Below, piece by piece: positions 61,478-64,000 of a stretch of DNA of 64,000 bases (within the stretch, counting starts at the first letter, position 1; every line of letters starts with the position of its first letter). The position numbers and the translations under genes are program-made. This DNA is from Lingula anatina. Taxonomy: Eukaryota; Animalia; Brachiopoda. The notes under the pieces were generated by a model, which saw only the letters and a list, made by a program, of their open reading frames with translations, did not search any database and had not been told where the DNA came from. The stretch spans positions 8,184,001 to 8,248,000 of the forward strand of contig CM120641.1 of assembly GCA_051362555.1 (NCBI GenBank), written 5' to 3'.

Positions 61478-64000
61478 AATGTAATCCCCAAGGTGTGATC
61501 AGCACAATATGGGCAGTTGGCACAACTTCTTGGAGTACATAGGGGGATTGCAATCAAGTTTTTGCAACCTGAAATGAGGTCAAAATCTGTTTATATTAAA
61601 TCTGATGGTACACAGAACTTAAAAATGTTTGTCTGGTGAGATATACATGGTGTGGTGCTATATTTATGTATATAGGCACTAAATGGTATGTCAGTCAGGA
61701 CAGGGAAAGGAACCAGCCCTGTCTGGAAGCATGATTGATTGCTGTAAACATGAGGTAATGGGGTTTCAAAGCAAAATATCTATAAACACCCTTTTCCATG
61801 TAAAGTTTTAGAGTAGTAAAGGTTTGTGTATATTAACTTGAAGTGGGACCCTGTATCTTCAAGTGGGTGGAGGTGTTTCACAATGATATGCAGATTTCAG
61901 AAAATCAATAAATGCATTTTATGTTTATTCAAACAAGTTTCTAATTTGTACCTGGAGGAATTAATTAAGTTTGCCTTTCAACTACTTCATGCACTGAATA
62001 CAAAATTGTAAATATTTCATTAAAAAGAAAAGTCTGGTAACAATTGTAGTAGTGGACCACCCAAAGCACTAAAAGCTTTTTCTAAATTTCTTGAGTGGGG
62101 TTCCTGTGGTTTCTTTTAATTTACAACATGCATGTAATGTTTTGTCCATTTCACAGGGAAAAAATGGAAGAGTAAAAAAGAAAGGCTAAATGAGACTTTG
62201 AAACTTAAACTTTAATTTTTTTTCTACTCTAGCTGAAAGCTTTTAAGAAAAAGAGATGGGCTGAAATGTGAAGCAAATCTTTCTTTTCCAATTTCTACCC
62301 CATTAAGGGGTGGTGAATCTGTAATGAGATGGCATGTGAGTTATCCAGCAAAAACAGCATCCAAGGGATTTCTTGGCTGTGGATGTATTTGTTCAGGTAA
62401 AGGCAGACGTGAAGTTTAATAGAGAACCAACGCACATACAGGAAGACCAAAAACAAGACCTGTTTTTGATGAAAATTCCCTGTTATTGTGACAGCTGGAA
62501 GTGAAAAGTGGAGTAGCATCCCCTAATTGCTATGTCTTGGGGCAGTTTACTTGAGGTGTCATTGATAAAAAAAGACACCTGAAATCATATCTACTTAAAT
62601 TTTTGGATAGTTGATTTTGTCTCTCTTGTACAGGATTTGATAAACAAATGGAAATTAAAAGTGAAAATTATAGTCCTGCCTAAAGGAGATTTGGAAGATA
62701 GAAAAGACACAGATGGCATTTTTTTAAAAAAATTTATAAGGACATATCACTTTCTGTTATCATCAAAGCATTCCTCTTGATGTTGTGCTGTACAAAATTT
62801 AGATTCGACACTATGTAATATAACAAATAAGCAAATTTAGGCCATTTAGATCTGTCTGGCATTTAGCAAGGAGGAAGTATATTTCTGCATGCAGACCTTT
62901 TGTAATTTAAACCCCCCCCCCCCAAAAAAAAAAGAAAAAGAAAAAGAAAAGACATGAAAGCAAATAATGAGTGAAAAACATATAATTGCATTAAATGTAT
63001 AAAAGTCATTCCAGAGTATAATCCCTTTTTTTCATTCTCTTCAGGTGAAAGAAAGGCAACTCTTTAACTAGTGAATGTTTCTGTTCAAGAGAGTATATGG
63101 TTGGTTGCATACCTTATGCTGTACGACTCTGATGAAAAACAAAACACTGACAAGATAGAAAGTTCAAAGGAAACACAGCAACCAATTTTTATAAATTGTT
63201 TTCAGGTTGTTTTACTGTTGGAAAGTACTTATTACACACTACTATACATTTAACTGTTTTTACAGAACATGTCTTGTGAGAAGGAATGATTGGTTTGGAA
63301 CAGAGGAAATAAAGGGAAACACACTTTTCAGGAAAATTTTGATTTTTTTTTCACAATTTCAATTCATTCATGTGAAAGGTCAGTTTATTCCACATACTTA
63401 ATGGTCAAAGAAATGTTAAATGCCATACATGAAAAATACAAGTTGGTTGCTGGTAATGCAATCATTGTGGTTGAACCATGCTGTCTTCTGATGGACATTA
63501 AAGTTGCTGTTTTCTGCAAGACCACTAGCAGGCAACAATGCATGTCAATATTGACTTTTCTGATAACCTATGTTCAGTTAACCATGAAAAGTGTTGATTG
63601 TAGTGCCCATTTGTAGCTATAAGATTATCTGTCTGAGTTGTGAATAGAAAGTATTGATTGTGTGTGAAATATGAAAGAAAATTGTAACTCCCTGTTGCTT
63701 ATCAGATAGCCATGGCTTAAAGCAATGCGACTAACATGACAAATGGTAAGTGATCAAGGACTAATTGCATTGTTTGTCTCTGGTTAATTGTTCTGGGTTA
63801 ATTTATTGGGAAAATTCATGGTTCATTAAAGAATTTTTGATGTCATCGTGTTTGGGGCTGTTGTGTCATGAGGATCTTAAACTAATAAGTAAAAGGTGAA
63901 GTAGGTAAAATGTTGAATGGATTTTGTTAGCATTTTTCTTATTCCTATAGGTAGAATTGGATATCCAAAATAATAATAAAATTAATAATAATAATTAAAA

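Noticed and set aside
1-64000. Prokaryotic-type systems, tRNA/rRNA genes, autonomous transposase or reverse-transcriptase ORFs
   Set aside because: None seen by eye. The only long ORF is Frizzled, and the other coding sequence is spliced eukaryotic exons.

Overview
AT-rich animal genomic DNA. It is probably an invertebrate, possibly a lophotrochozoan such as a mollusc; this is inferred from the repeat types and CpG pattern, not proven. Two protein-coding genes lie head-to-tail on the + strand. (1) A 17-coding-exon PFTAIRE-type cyclin-dependent kinase (CDK14/15, Eip63E-like), ATG 9542 to TAG 45918. I assembled it by hand from GT-AG exons with consistent phases into a 1503-nt CDS (500 aa). It has a probable extra intron in the 3' UTR. 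(2) An intronless Frizzled-1/2/7 receptor (ATG 51201 to 52970, 589 aa). The same gene order and orientation occurs in human (CDK14-FZD1 and CDK15-FZD7), and both proteins act on the Wnt receptor complex, so this looks like an ancient conserved Wnt gene pair. The large 5' introns carry a Helentron-associated (HINE/DINE-1-like) element with two internal tandem arrays, PIF/Harbinger-like MITEs (three stacked end-to-end), CAG-ended MITEs with 5-bp target-site duplications, perfect hairpins and microsatellites. Most short ORFs in the supplied track are spurious or are read-throughs of real exons.
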